Below, one piece after another: positions 1 to 11,670 of a stretch of 64,000 nucleotides of DNA. Both the position numbers and the translations under genes were made by a program. The notes under the pieces were generated by a model. That model did no database searches. It had not been told where the DNA came from and was given only the letters and a program-made list of their open reading frames with translations. This DNA comes from Mytilus edulis (taxonomy: Eukaryota), in assembly GCF_963676685.1 (NCBI RefSeq), contig NC_092346.1, positions 39,432,001 to 39,496,000 of the forward strand. The letters run 5' to 3'. Position 1 is the first letter of the stretch. Every line of letters begins with the position of its first letter.

Positions 1-385
1 AATAAGTCAATTTGACCAAAATTGTCAATTGACCCCTTAAGGAGTTATTGCCCTTTAAAGACTTTTTTCACAATTTGTTCATCATGTTGACTTACTTTAA
101 AAAATCTTCTCCTTTGAAACTGTTGTATCAATTTCAGCCAAACTTAGGCTAAATGAGTTTCAGAGTATCTAGTATAAATTTTATATTTCATTTCCTTGTA
201 TGTCAGAAACATAGCTCCTATGGCTAAAATAGAACATAGGAGAAAAGGATTTTTTTTTTGCTTTTGAAGAAAATAGGACGATTCAAAGAACATTTAAATA
301 AATTGAAAAGCCAAAATAATTATTGATGAGAGATTTAACCAAAAAAATTAAGGTGAGCGATTCAGGCTCTTGAGAGCCTCTTGTT
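1..385 (+). mobile_element. 3' end of non-autonomous Helentron/HINE-like element
   Basis: Ends in GGTGAGCGA-TTC-AGGCTCTTGAGAGCCT-CTTGTT: a subterminal motif plus short palindrome before a TT site, typical of bivalve HINE-type elements. Confidence 0.5.
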
Positions 386-654
386 TATGTATCATCTGAG
401 TTGTTGTCACACGAATGTTTACTCCATAACCGTTTTGTTTTCTATATGTCATATTTTGCGGCATTTGTTGCTTTCCCCACATCCTTCCTTTTGTCTATAT
501 CATGATATTCTCCTGGAAAGAGCTCTTTTTGAATAAAAGGGATCAACGAACCCATTACCTTACCTTTAAGATAGATCAGTAAACATGGGCATAATTATGG
601 GTGATTATTCAGTCTAGTGCACACATTTTACAGTTCAAACAAGCTGTACACGAC

Positions 655-981
655 GTCTTTTAGACATCGTATGGCCATCGCGCAATCATCGTAATCCATC
701 GTGTAGCCTTCGTAATCCATCGTGTAACCTTCGTGATCCATCGTGTAGGCTTCGGCTGAGGTATGAAGCTTAAATACCCGTCTTCGGTTAACCTTCGTAT
801 GTCCATCTTTTGCTATCGTATATAATTTCGGCACCATCGTATAGACTTCGTTATTCATCGTACTTGCTTCGGTCATTTTTTGGTATTTTAACGAGATCGG
901 GACCAACTTCGTACGAACTTACAATTTTCGCATTCGGGTGTCAATCGTATATAAAAATCGGGACAGTGTGACGCGGGCATA
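655..981. mobile_element. Truncated Harbinger-like MITE end with CATCGT/TTCGT subterminal repeats
   Basis: Right end ...CAGTGTGACGCGGGCA-TAA resembles the GTGTGACCGAGGCT-TAA end of the 54240-55217 element; many short internal repeats. Confidence 0.45.
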
Positions 982-2500
982 AAACAGAACATAATAATCT
1001 GAAGACAAAGCAACAAAACAACGCCCCGGAAGGGTAAGCAAAGGTCCTGTTCCACTTGTTACACCCGTCGTGTTACTCCTATAACATAGATCAGCAGTAG
1101 GCACCACATAATAGTGGATTGGTAATTGACTCTTATCGAGACATTGTCACATTCGTAAACCACCGTTCAGGTAAATTTTCTAACTCTGAAGTTTTGCCGA
1201 ATATGAAATTTTAAAATTCAGAAACATATTTTCCAAGACAATAGGATAGACTAGTTGATAACGGTATAAACAACATATATTTAAAAATAAAAAATAAACA
1301 TAAAAGAACAACAATTATAACTAAAGCAAGAGTTGCAAAATCCAATTAAAAAATACAAGCGGTGACGTCACGTGCTCCTGAAGGATAAACATATCTTGCT
1401 TTACACGTGAAACACGTGAAACCCATTGTGTTGCTCATGAAAGTACCCCTGCAATGTTTACTAGTAATTTTGTTAAGATTAAGATGTTATGATTTGTTTT
1501 TCTGGGTTCGTGACATACTATGTAAGTATAAATGTTACAGTGCACTTTGCCACTGGACACTAATCAACCAACAATCAATCATATTACAGTACACGAAAAA
1601 TACAATATTAAATAAACCAAACAAAGGTTTTATTATTTTATGATTAATATGAACAAAAGATGTCAAAAAATCCTTCTAGGTGAACTTTTGAGTAAAAAAA
1701 AAAGAGTCTCAATATTTTGGCCCTACCTTTCCTAATATTTGTAAACATATAAACACAACTTCGCAGGTATGTCTTTCTATTTTTATCATCGCGTTTCCGC
1801 AATCCTTATCAGTTGGAAATGATTACCCTTTACGGTCACCTATATCTAAGTGAACTTTTGTCTGAAGTTTAATTAAATTCGAGTTATAAAACTTTCGGTT
1901 TGTTTCCAGTTTCTTTATCATGTTTACATAAGCATACAGATAACCAGCAAGCAGGAACAATTTAGTTCCACCATGTTGCTATTGTAATCAATGCAGCGAA
2001 ACGGTACCTTTAAATGTAACGCTCTTGTCCCATTTTAAATCGTAAGATATTTGCCTAGTACAAGGTCACTCGATTTTAGGTCTTGATTCTTTCCCAAAGG
2101 TGGTTTCATGCAGGAAATAGTCTGTAAGGTTTACCTTTTAATATGTATGGCCTGTAGTTTAGTGATAGTCGTTAGTTTGTGTCTGACACATTCGTAAATT
2201 GTTTTGTTATAAATCAATTAATTTGTTCCATGTCGGGACCGTTTATAGCCGACTATATATACTGTTTGCATTTTTCTCATTGATGAAGGCAGCACGGTTG
2301 CTTATAATTGCCTACACCCATTGCATTTGATCCTTGGTGTATGGTTGTCTCATTGGTTTACATACCACATCACCTTACTATTGTGTGACTGGTTTCTTTG
2401 AAAAACAATAATGGCTAAGAAACAGGACAACAGAATTGAAATTATTTGGTTACAGTATACAGATAATTAAATAAGAAATGTTATATATGTAATGTTTTTA

Positions 2501-4270
2501 TTACTTTCCAAAGCTATTTGGATCAAAGTTTGCAGAAGGAGCCTTGTCCGGATCGAAGGTGCCTGATCCCATACTATTTGGGGAGAATGATCCCGCTCCC
2601 ATGGAGCTTGGGTTGAAACTTCCGGATGGGACACTGTTCGGATTAAAACTTCCAGCTCCAAGACTACTTGGGTTGAAGGATCCAGCTCCTAATTTATTTG
2701 GGTCAAATGTTCCAGCTCCAGAGTTCGGGCTGAACTTACCAGCTGACATCTGATTAGGATTGAAACTTGCTGTGCCATTCGTATTGAACATGCTCAATGA
2801 TGCTAAAAAAGAAAAATAGTTCATTTCAGTACTATGGGTACCATATAAATTGCGCCACCTTATGACAACTGCGTTGCAAGTGATCGGTTTCGATTTTATC
2901 TTGAAAGAAATAAATATGCCACATCTACATGTAGTCAGAATATTTGCATTTCAATATTAGCTAGTAGGAACTGGCCGTCTCAAATTGAGTTTCCTGGCGA
3001 CAAGTAACTTCGTAAGGTGCAGAAGTTGTCGGATTATATATATCAAAAATATGTTCGTAAATCTTCAAATGAAATACCGTATCTCAATTATACACAACTG
3101 GTTTTCGTTTTCGTTTTTGTTTTCTTTGAATTTCATCTAAGGAACTACTGGTACATATATATTGATTTTAATAATTATCATTTCTTAATAATTTCTAATC
3201 TGATTAGATCAGACCATTTGCATTTGCAAATAGGTAAGGAAATTTAAAAAGGCAAATATACTAACTCCAATGGAATATAAGAAAACCGAAGTTGGGGAAA
3301 AAACAACTTTAAACGTTACACTAAATAGTAAAAATCACCAACAAAATAACGAACTCCAAGGTAAATCCATAAAGGGGGGAGTCCAAAAAAAGTCCCAAAC
3401 AAAATCAAACACTGACTTAATCAATCCACGAAACTAATGGAAATTAGCAGTCATATTTCTGACTTGGTACAGGCATTTTTTTTTTTAAAATAAAATGGTT
3501 GTTTAAACCTTGCTTGTAACTAGTTAAACTTCCCATTTGTATGACAGTTTATTGCTCCATTACATCGATTAAAGATTGTCAAAGTTCTATTTCGAGTCTA
3601 CTTGGAATTGGCTGTTGGGTGAAGTTTTATGCACATATTTCAGCTAATTTAAAATTTTCTTCCTTTTTATTTTCATTTTATAGAAGGAATAAAAACTTCG
3701 GTTGACTTAGATGAATGTAAAGAGCAACCGTTTCAGCAGTGTAAAGTAAGTAAGTAAGTAAATTATTGATTATAGTGACATGTGTACATTATGTATAGAT
3801 TATAAACATATAATATATGATAAATATTAATACACCCGGCCCAATGGAACTATAAGTCACCTCAAATAAAATAAAAGTGTACATGTTGATTTATGATAGG
3901 AATGTTCGGTTTGGAGGAATTTGAAATACTTGCATTTTGTTAATAAAGAGGAACGTTTTTATCAGAATATAATGGTACTTATCTATCAAATTTAAAACTA
4001 ATTGTGATGAAACTTGTAATTAAAAAAAACTGTCAATGCAAATAGCCTTTTACAAAAATTTAAAAGATTGACGAGATTGTATATATAACCGGAGAAATCA
4101 CCGAATCACCCTTGTGCCTATACATTCCAAAAAGTAAAAAACTTTTGAATTTTAACCCGCCAACATTTTTCGTTTGTTATATGTGTTCATAAAGTAAAGA
4201 AAGAAGAAAATAGATTCTTACCACAATAGCATGTAGGAATGAAAACTGTTAAAAATATTAACAAATTCAT
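2501..4270 (-). CDS. G1: secreted ~116-aa protein made of 10-aa GAGSF[DNS]Px repeats, ending NSFGK-stop
   Basis: Exon1 4270-4222 (MNLLIFLTVFIPTCYC, signal peptide, G|gtaag). Exon2 2802-2501 after a pyrimidine tract + ag, phase 1 in frame (ASLSMFNTNGTASFNPNQM...FDPNSFGK*). Nine F-[DNS]-P motifs; AATAAA overlaps the stop. Confidence 0.85.
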
Positions 4271-4591
4271 TTTAGCAAACTTGTGTCGTCGTTCTATTCC
4301 ACCTGCTGGTAGGATTGCCAGATAAGACAAAGAAATTATCATTAGGTCGCAGTCAAACACGTGGTCAACACTTTAAATTGTTTGTTATTTTTGTCTTTTA
4401 TCAGTCGTTATTTAAGATTATCTGAAACTGGGGGAATTTTTATATTTCATCTGATTAATGTCCAGCTTTTATTGGATAAATTCCTTATGGAAAGACAAAG
4501 GCGATAGTTTGTTTTAAATACGTATTGTAGAGGTACACATAGATGCATGTTTTGATCATGCCAGTCTCAAAGTACCCATCACTGAGACCTA

Positions 4592-4880
4592 CAAAAAGAG
4601 GGGCGAAAGATACCAGAGGAACAGTTAAACTCATAAATGGAAAATAAACTGACAACGCCATGGCTAAAAAAAACTGACACACACAAAAATAATAGTACAC
4701 AAGAAACAACATAAAAAACTAACGACTGAGCAACACGAACCCCACCAAAACTGGGCGTGATCTCAGGTGCTCAGAAAGTTAAGCAGATCCTGCTCCACAT
4801 GTGGCACCCGTCGTGTTGCTCATGTTTTTACAAACCCAGTAAATAGTCGATAGGTCACATTCATGAAAAGGGTAGGGGAA
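4592..4880. repeat. High-copy interspersed repeat (AAGAGGGRCGAAAGATACCA...GATCTCAGGTGCT family)
   Basis: Near-identical copies at 63715-64000 and 55818-55970, with partial copies at 23283-23370 and 49490-49655. Confidence 0.8.
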
Positions 4881-6670
4881 TGTAGTTACGATAACTTTCT
4901 ACGTTATGTGCCGATTCCTTAATCTTATTGAAATATATTGTAGGTGAAACAAGTTTTGCCAGACCTGCATAAATTCTGCCCCTTAGGTCCGACGATTAGT
5001 TGCATCTCTGCACTTGTCGCAGAAAAAAAATCCTATATAGACTTAGGGGTTGCCCATTTGATATTCTGGGGGGGGGGGGGGGCAGGAGGATTTTTTTTTG
5101 ACAGGTTATCTATTTTTGTAATCTAAGAGGACAAATTATTCATTTTCTGCACTATTGAAGCAAGATTTTTCATTTTCATTAAAGCAAGGGACTGATTATT
5201 CATTTTCACAACTGTATTTATGATATTCAAAACCATACAATTTTTAAATGATTTGTTTATCATAAACAACATATTTGTGTTTCCTTTGACATTTTTTTTT
5301 GTATGCCGAATGCTATAAATTTTATTTTGACATTTTTTTTTGTATGCTGAATTGATGTGCACGCTACTGCGTGTTGGCGTATAGGGAGCTACGCGCCTGA
5401 ATACAATTTAATTAAATATATTAAACAACTGGGAATCCTCCCCCTTTATAAGTAGAGACAATCCATAACCTACATCTCAGAAATATTAATCTTAAATTTA
5501 TATAAATGAAAAGTAAGCTTCCATAAATAAAATTCAACAATGTTTCTTAAAATTAGTAAAAGTGGTTTATAGTCATACCCCAACATGTTGACCATAGATA
5601 GACAAACAATTCACTTGCATTCGATTCGCATTTGAACTATATGTGTTTGTTAATGTAAACTGTTTCAAATGTGAATTAAACTAATTCAAATTAGGTGTGA
5701 ACTCAGTATGATTCTCAGGTAGTTTCAAACTGAAAGATACTTTTAAGGGAAGGGAAAGAAACAGATAAAATTATGTGTGTTACAAACACTGTTTATTCAA
5801 GTCAGAATCCTGGATCTCAATAGTACTTTGATAATGTCAAATAAAAACATGAATATGATAGTTACATACAATACTACATGTATTTATTACATATTAAATG
5901 ACATTTATTTTAGTGATTGGTAATTAGGAAAAATCTGTAATTCAGGTGTAAATTGAGACAAACAATATCACTGAATGCAGTTTCTAGTCAAGTGACCAGC
6001 AAACATGGAAATCTACCTTTTGAATGAAAGGAGAACTCTTACATTGAAAATGAATGATGTAAATCTAGATTCTAATAATAGCCGAAGGGAGCTCACATTC
6101 ACAACAGTTAAAGCATTGCTGAATTAGTGAACAAAGCATTTTTCTCATTAACTTGAAAATCCACCTATTAGAATGGATAAAACCCGAATTTTAAGACATA
6201 CATGTAAGGTCCGAGACCACAATTATTTCGTAGTGCATTTCTTTTAGAACATAAATGAAAATAAAAAAAATCCAACCTGTGCTTTCTGAAAGAAACTTTT
6301 ACAGTGTGTTGTACTACTCTTGGGAAAAATTATATCAAAATTATAGAAAACTTCATCGGATCTAACACAAACTATGAACAATTTTATGTTTAGGGCGTCT
6401 TGAAATCTTTTGACAGCTTCTGAAGTGCTAATTTTAAACCTTTTTCAGCTGGACCAAATCACTACTTTCCTTTAAAATTCTGGACTCAATTTTTTTACAG
6501 TGTAATATGACCCCCCCCCCCTCCCCCAGGGAAAACATGACCTAAAACCTCCTTCATATAAGACAAAAATACATGGGAACTCATACTGAATGGTCAAATG
6601 TGTTCAATACACCTTATTGCTTATAATTATCCCGGCTGACCCAGCCGCTTGAACTTTTGACACATACAAC

Positions 6671-7145
6671 TGTAGCGGGGTTGCTTCCCCTCAGTACAGG
6701 TAGAACATATAAAGCCAGTCTTAATCAACTGAGCTAGAGAATAGATTCTTTGGCTCAGTGGGTTAACGCACTGACTGTCATGCAGACAACCGGGGTCGAA
6801 TCCCAGTGGTGACAATATGAATTTGTAGAGTAGATACGTGCTCTCCGGTTACATTTGGCACCCGACTAAAAAATCCACAATGGTTATCTGGAGTATAGCC
6901 AGGGTTTGTGTTGTTAAGAGTCATATATGAAGATATGATGACTCTTGTGGTGGGGGAATAGTGTAGCAGGGTTGCTTCCCCTCAGTACAGGTAGAACATA
7001 TAAAGCCAGTCTTAATCAACTGAGCTAAAGAATTCATTCTTTGGCTCAGTGGGTTAACGCACTACCTGTCTCGCAGACGAACGAGGTTTGAATCCCGGTG
7101 GTGACGATATGAATTTGTAGAGTAGATACATGCTCTCCGGTTACA
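6671..7145 (+). mobile_element. Complete TRIM (non-autonomous LTR retrotransposon) with tRNA-derived Pol III promoter in both LTRs (Helenus-type)
   Basis: LTR1 6671-6853 and LTR2 6962-7145, both TG...CA. PBS TGGCACCCGA at 6856; purine-rich GGTGGGGGAATAG before LTR2; 4-bp TSD CAAC (6667-6670 and 7146-7149). A-box TGGCTCAGTGG and B-box GGGTCGAATCC / GGTTTGAATCC in each LTR. Confidence 0.9.
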
Positions 7146-7487
7146 CAACAATCACTTTTCCATTGTGGCGTCAGATATTTTGTTTTATGACGTCAAAATT
7201 TTATGGGAACCTGTGTGATATCCAGTAATGGCGGACAAATAGCGATAAGGTGTATATGAAAATTGCAGTTAAGATGGTAAAATCACAAATCAGCCATTAC
7301 TGTAAATGGACTAAAAGTATGACTTTTGAGCAAATTTAAAGGGAAATGACAGGGAAGGGGCAAAATAGTGTTCAAGGGGAGCAAATGCCCTTTAATTTGG
7401 TATGGAGGTTTCAAAAATAGAGGGAGAATTAGAGGGAAAGTTGAGTCATCTTTTTAGACTTCAGTTAAATAATGACTTATGAAGTTA

Positions 7488-7717
7488 GGGAGCTACCATT
7501 TTATTTTTATGGGGGGGGGGGGGGGGGGGGGCTAGGATGAAATTTGAAAAAAATAGGCAGGACCGGAGTTTTGAGTAAAAAAAAAAGTCAGGATAAACTA
7601 ATAAAAAAAAAAATGCAGGACCGAATAGAGTGAAAAATAATAAGGCAGGACAGATATTACAACTAAAAAAAAATGCAGGACAAATTTTTCATCCTAGCCC
7701 CCCCATAAAAATCAAAT
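7488..7717. mobile_element. Harbinger-like MITE (GGGAGCTACCATTT TIR), right end truncated
   Basis: Same family as the complete copy at 32201-32502; poly-G / poly-C subterminal inverted repeat. Confidence 0.7.
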
Positions 7718-8624
7718 TCTAATTCTAAAAAAAAACCCACACTTCTCAGAACTATGTCTAATTCACTTTGACTACTGATATGCAAACCTAAAAACAAACA
7801 GAAAAATATATCATAATATTATTTATAGTGATTGAAAGATTCATAACACTTTGAAAGGATAATTCACACGTGTTACACGGGGAGCATGTTTGTTTACAAA
7901 TAATAATGTCACGTGATCGCGCAGACCTCACATGTTGCATCGCCCTTACAATCCACTAATACATAACCAATTATCATGCAAACATGCAACGTGAATGTGA
8001 TTGGTTATCAAATAATACAGAAATAATGCATGTACAGTTTATGAAGAAATTAGTTCATCAAATAGATGCGATTTTCACTTTTGACACGAACAGGTCGGGT
8101 TGACATTTCTGTCATCGGGGATAATATTGAGATAAATTGGATAAAACTGACCGTCAAAAAGGTCTAGAGAAGCACATCAGTAGAACCTTAACATTAATAA
8201 GTAAAACTTACCAAAATTTCTCTAATTAATAAACTATATAACTGAAATTTCACAAAGATAACGGTAAATAATTTTGATGATGGTGATGATGGTGGTTAAA
8301 TTGGCGCGAAATAATATTCTTACTCCTATTGCTTTACGTACAAAAAATGTATAGAATTGAATTTGACTACAGTTGAGCATAAAAAACGTGAATATGCAAA
8401 AGCCTGGTAATATATTAATGATAAAGTTTGTATAAATTTCCGTAAACGAATTTACCCGTATACTTCACTAAGAATTACATTTGAGCGCAAGGAGATCTTT
8501 ATCATGTTTATTTGTGAATCGGTTTATATAACCCCGGTTGAACTCAGGGTCGTATTAACGGAATTTTTTGCGTTGCTTTTAAATCATTGAGGCCATCTAT
8601 TTTTATTACGGGTTTCCACATCTT

Positions 8625-9012
8625 TAAATCGGAATTATAGAAAAAATGGAATGTTGTTAGCAGAATCAAAACAGAAATGATGAACACTGCAACATTTTCA
8701 GCAAAACATAAATAGGATGGAGGATCTGTGTATTCACATTATTTGTAAAACTCTCCTTATTCCTGTGAAGCGTGTGCTTTACATCGAGGCTTTCTATGCT
8801 TATCATCGACGCCACAGTACTTCAACCAATTAGACAACGTTTATTTGGGGCATTCGACCTATTTTAACTCAGATTTTGGAATTTTTTAATCGAAATTATA
8901 GAAAAATGGAATGTTGTTAGTACATATAAAATAGAAAAAGATGAATACTATTAGCTAAAGCAAGTTTAGATGGGGTTCTGTGTATTTACATTGTTTGTAC
9001 AACTCTCCTTAC
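8625..9012. repeat. Local diverged direct repeat (~130 bp x2)
   Basis: AATTATAGAAAAA(A)TGGAATGTTGTTAG...AACTCTCCTTA occurs at ~8625-8762 and ~8887-9012. Confidence 0.65.
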
Positions 9013-10103
9013 TGATGCCATATTTTGGAATTTCCGTGACCTAAATGGTTCGCGAAAATTAATATTTTTATATATAGTATAGTAAATAAATATGCCTGTC
9101 CTGACAAAAAAAAAAACTTCCAAAAATATATACACGTGTCGTACCTATCGTGTGGTCAGTTTCCCACCGAAACGGTCATTCAGTACGACAGCGCCAAAGC
9201 GATCGGTCCTCTTTTGAATACTTGGTGAATTTTAATTTATTCAATTAGTCCCCCTTTTTTAATTATTTATAAGATATATATGATTGATAGGACTGGAGTG
9301 TTGTTTTTCTTTTTGGTATTATATTGTGTGAAGTATACAGTTGTGTTTAATATATATATACATATGCGTTTATGAATGTTCATCTGTACCATATTTAATA
9401 AACATAGCAGTGGCGTTGTCGTGTAGCTTTGCACTTTAATTATGAGTTTTGTATTCTTTATACTTTCACAGTATAAAAGGTTTTTCAAAGGCACACATTA
9501 TCATGGGGTGACGTACATGAGACTAGTATTATGTATTGAGGTTAATACAGAATGAAGGTTGTTACAAGAGAATTTATTTCTTAGTTAAAAAGGGGGGGGG
9601 GGGGAACTGAACTCCGACAACATTCAAAAAAGGAAAGTCCTTAATCAAATTTCAAAATCAAAAGTTCAAACACATCAAACGAATGGATAACAACTGCCAT
9701 ATATTCCTGACTTGGTATAGTCTTTTTTTTATGTAGAAAATGGTAAAATGGTGAAAATGGTGAGATATACCTGGTTTTAAAGCTAGCAAAATCTCAAACT
9801 TGTACAACAGTCACATACAATTCCATTATATTGACAACATGTGTAAACTATAAAAAAAAATAAAAAAATATATCAACAAAGAAATCCAAAAAGGCATATA
9901 GACAAAACACAATAGCTAAAATGAAAGACAAGAACACAAAAATGTATTATAGCACTATAAAGGCAACAGCAGTATACAACTGTTCAGAAGTTATGTATCA
10001 GTTGAGGGAGAAGAAATCCGGCTTACAAACTAAAACAGAGAGAAAAACAATAACTATAAGAGGAAAACAACAAAACCAAAACCTCTGAAGTGAGAAAAAA
10101 AAC

Positions 10104-10137
<34 letters not shown>

Positions 10138-10685
10138 AAATGCAAAATACAAGGAAAAGAATTATTAGATAATAACTACCCTTTTCCTGACTTAGTACAG
10201 GACATGACGGGATGTGTAAATACCGAGCCACGTTAAATGGATATTACCAAAAATAAACTAAACGGTAAAAGTATTCACAAAAACAATTAAAGAATACTTT
10301 AACACGTTATTTAAAAGATGATAAGTAACATCAGTACCTATAATTTAAATTTCAAGACCATCGTGTTAAAAATGTGAAGTTGGTACGGAATATTTATCAT
10401 CAAGGTCTTCCGATGTTGTTTTTTAAAAGAGGGTGAGACGTTCTTTGACATACTCCTTGTTCATAAACTTTCTGCTCAGCATGACACGTTGACGTGTTTG
10501 AAAGTCGCATGATAGTTTGATAAACCTGTGAAATGCCCACTCTGAGTCGGGTATTAAGTCATAATCGAGTTAGAAGCATGTATCAAATTAATACTTCTTA
10601 ATACTGATTAAATAATTATTTCGATGCATTCTGACAAAATTAAACAATCTTAAATGTAAATGTAACAACAATGATTTTAATTGAT

Positions 10686-11572
10686 TTATTTTCCAAAACT
10701 ATTAAGCTTGTTTGGATCAAAGGTACCACTTCCAGTACCGCCATTAAGTTTATTCGGGTCAAAGGTACCAGTTCCACTTCCACCACTACCAAAACCAGTT
10801 CCAGAACCGAAACCTCCAGTTCCACTTCCACTTCCTCCAAATCCAGTTCCGCTTCCGAAGTTGTTTACTTTATTAGGATCAAATGTTTCAGTTGTCCCAG
10901 ATGGAGCAACAGTCGATGCGGCAAATGTGGTCATGGAGCCTGCAAATGTTGACATGGAGCCGAATCCACTGCCTCCAAAGTTCTGGTTCAAAGCGTTTGG
11001 ATTAAAACTACCCCCTGCGCCTGTTCCAAATCCACCACTTCCGGCCGCGAAACCACCAGTACCAAAGTCCTTGTTTAGAGCGTTCGGGTCAAATGTCCCA
11101 TCTAAAAAGGAACATATTTATACATTTAATGATAAACTTTCTCAAAATCTTTTTCACATACCATATTAGACAACCTATGTTGAAGTATTCTCATCTTAAA
11201 GTCTCAAAGTAGGAATATCAGGCCATAAGTTCATATCATATATAATCATTCCAAATAAATTTTTGACAGGTAAAAAATATGATAATGAGTCAATTATCTT
11301 TTGCTCCGTTGCACTAAAGTATATAATATACCTTGAATATTATTACTTGAATTTCAAATTTTAAATTGAAGACATTTATATCAAGTGTATAGTTACACAT
11401 GGATTTGATTAATGACATAATGTTGTAGAAACCCAAGGCTAGTATTTTCACGAAAATTTAATTCTATTCAATCTTTGACTTCTTTTCATCATATAAATTT
11501 GATATGCTTACCAGATAGTGGAGCCGACAGACATGCCGGTAAGAGACAAAGAAGAGCTAACCAACCCTTCAT
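10686..11572 (-). CDS. G2: secreted ~158-aa Gly/Phe/Ser-rich FDPN-repeat protein, ending NSFGK-stop
   Basis: Exon1 11572-11512 (MKGWLALLCLLPACLSAPLS, G|gtaag). Exon2 11101-10686, phase 1 (DGTFDPNALNKDFGTGG...TFDPNKLNSFGK*). Five F[DN]PN motifs, FG-rich linkers and a central Thr-rich stretch. Confidence 0.88.
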
Positions 11573-11663
11573 TTTGACTTTCGATGATGATCTGATGAAA
11601 GCGTGTCTTGATCAGTCTTCTCCACTTAATTATCTTAAGTTACGATAAGACTTGACACAATTA

Positions 11664-11670
11664 CTATATA
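11664..11670 (-). promoter_or_regulatory. Putative TATA box of G2
   Basis: TATATAG on the minus strand ~90 nt upstream of the G2 ATG. Confidence 0.4.

Noticed and set aside
628-906. 92-aa ORF with YTMD repeats
   Set aside because: Arises from the subterminal repeats of a MITE; no splice or signal context.
6745-6815. tRNA gene
   Set aside because: No acceptor stem, and it is duplicated within LTRs; it is tRNA-derived promoter sequence of the TRIM.
10681-11169. Pro-rich 162-aa plus-strand ORF (and similar ORFs 2544-2753, 28155-28418, 28714-28968, 40022-40360)
   Set aside because: Antisense shadows of the Gly-rich exons; signal peptides and splice sites support the opposite strand.
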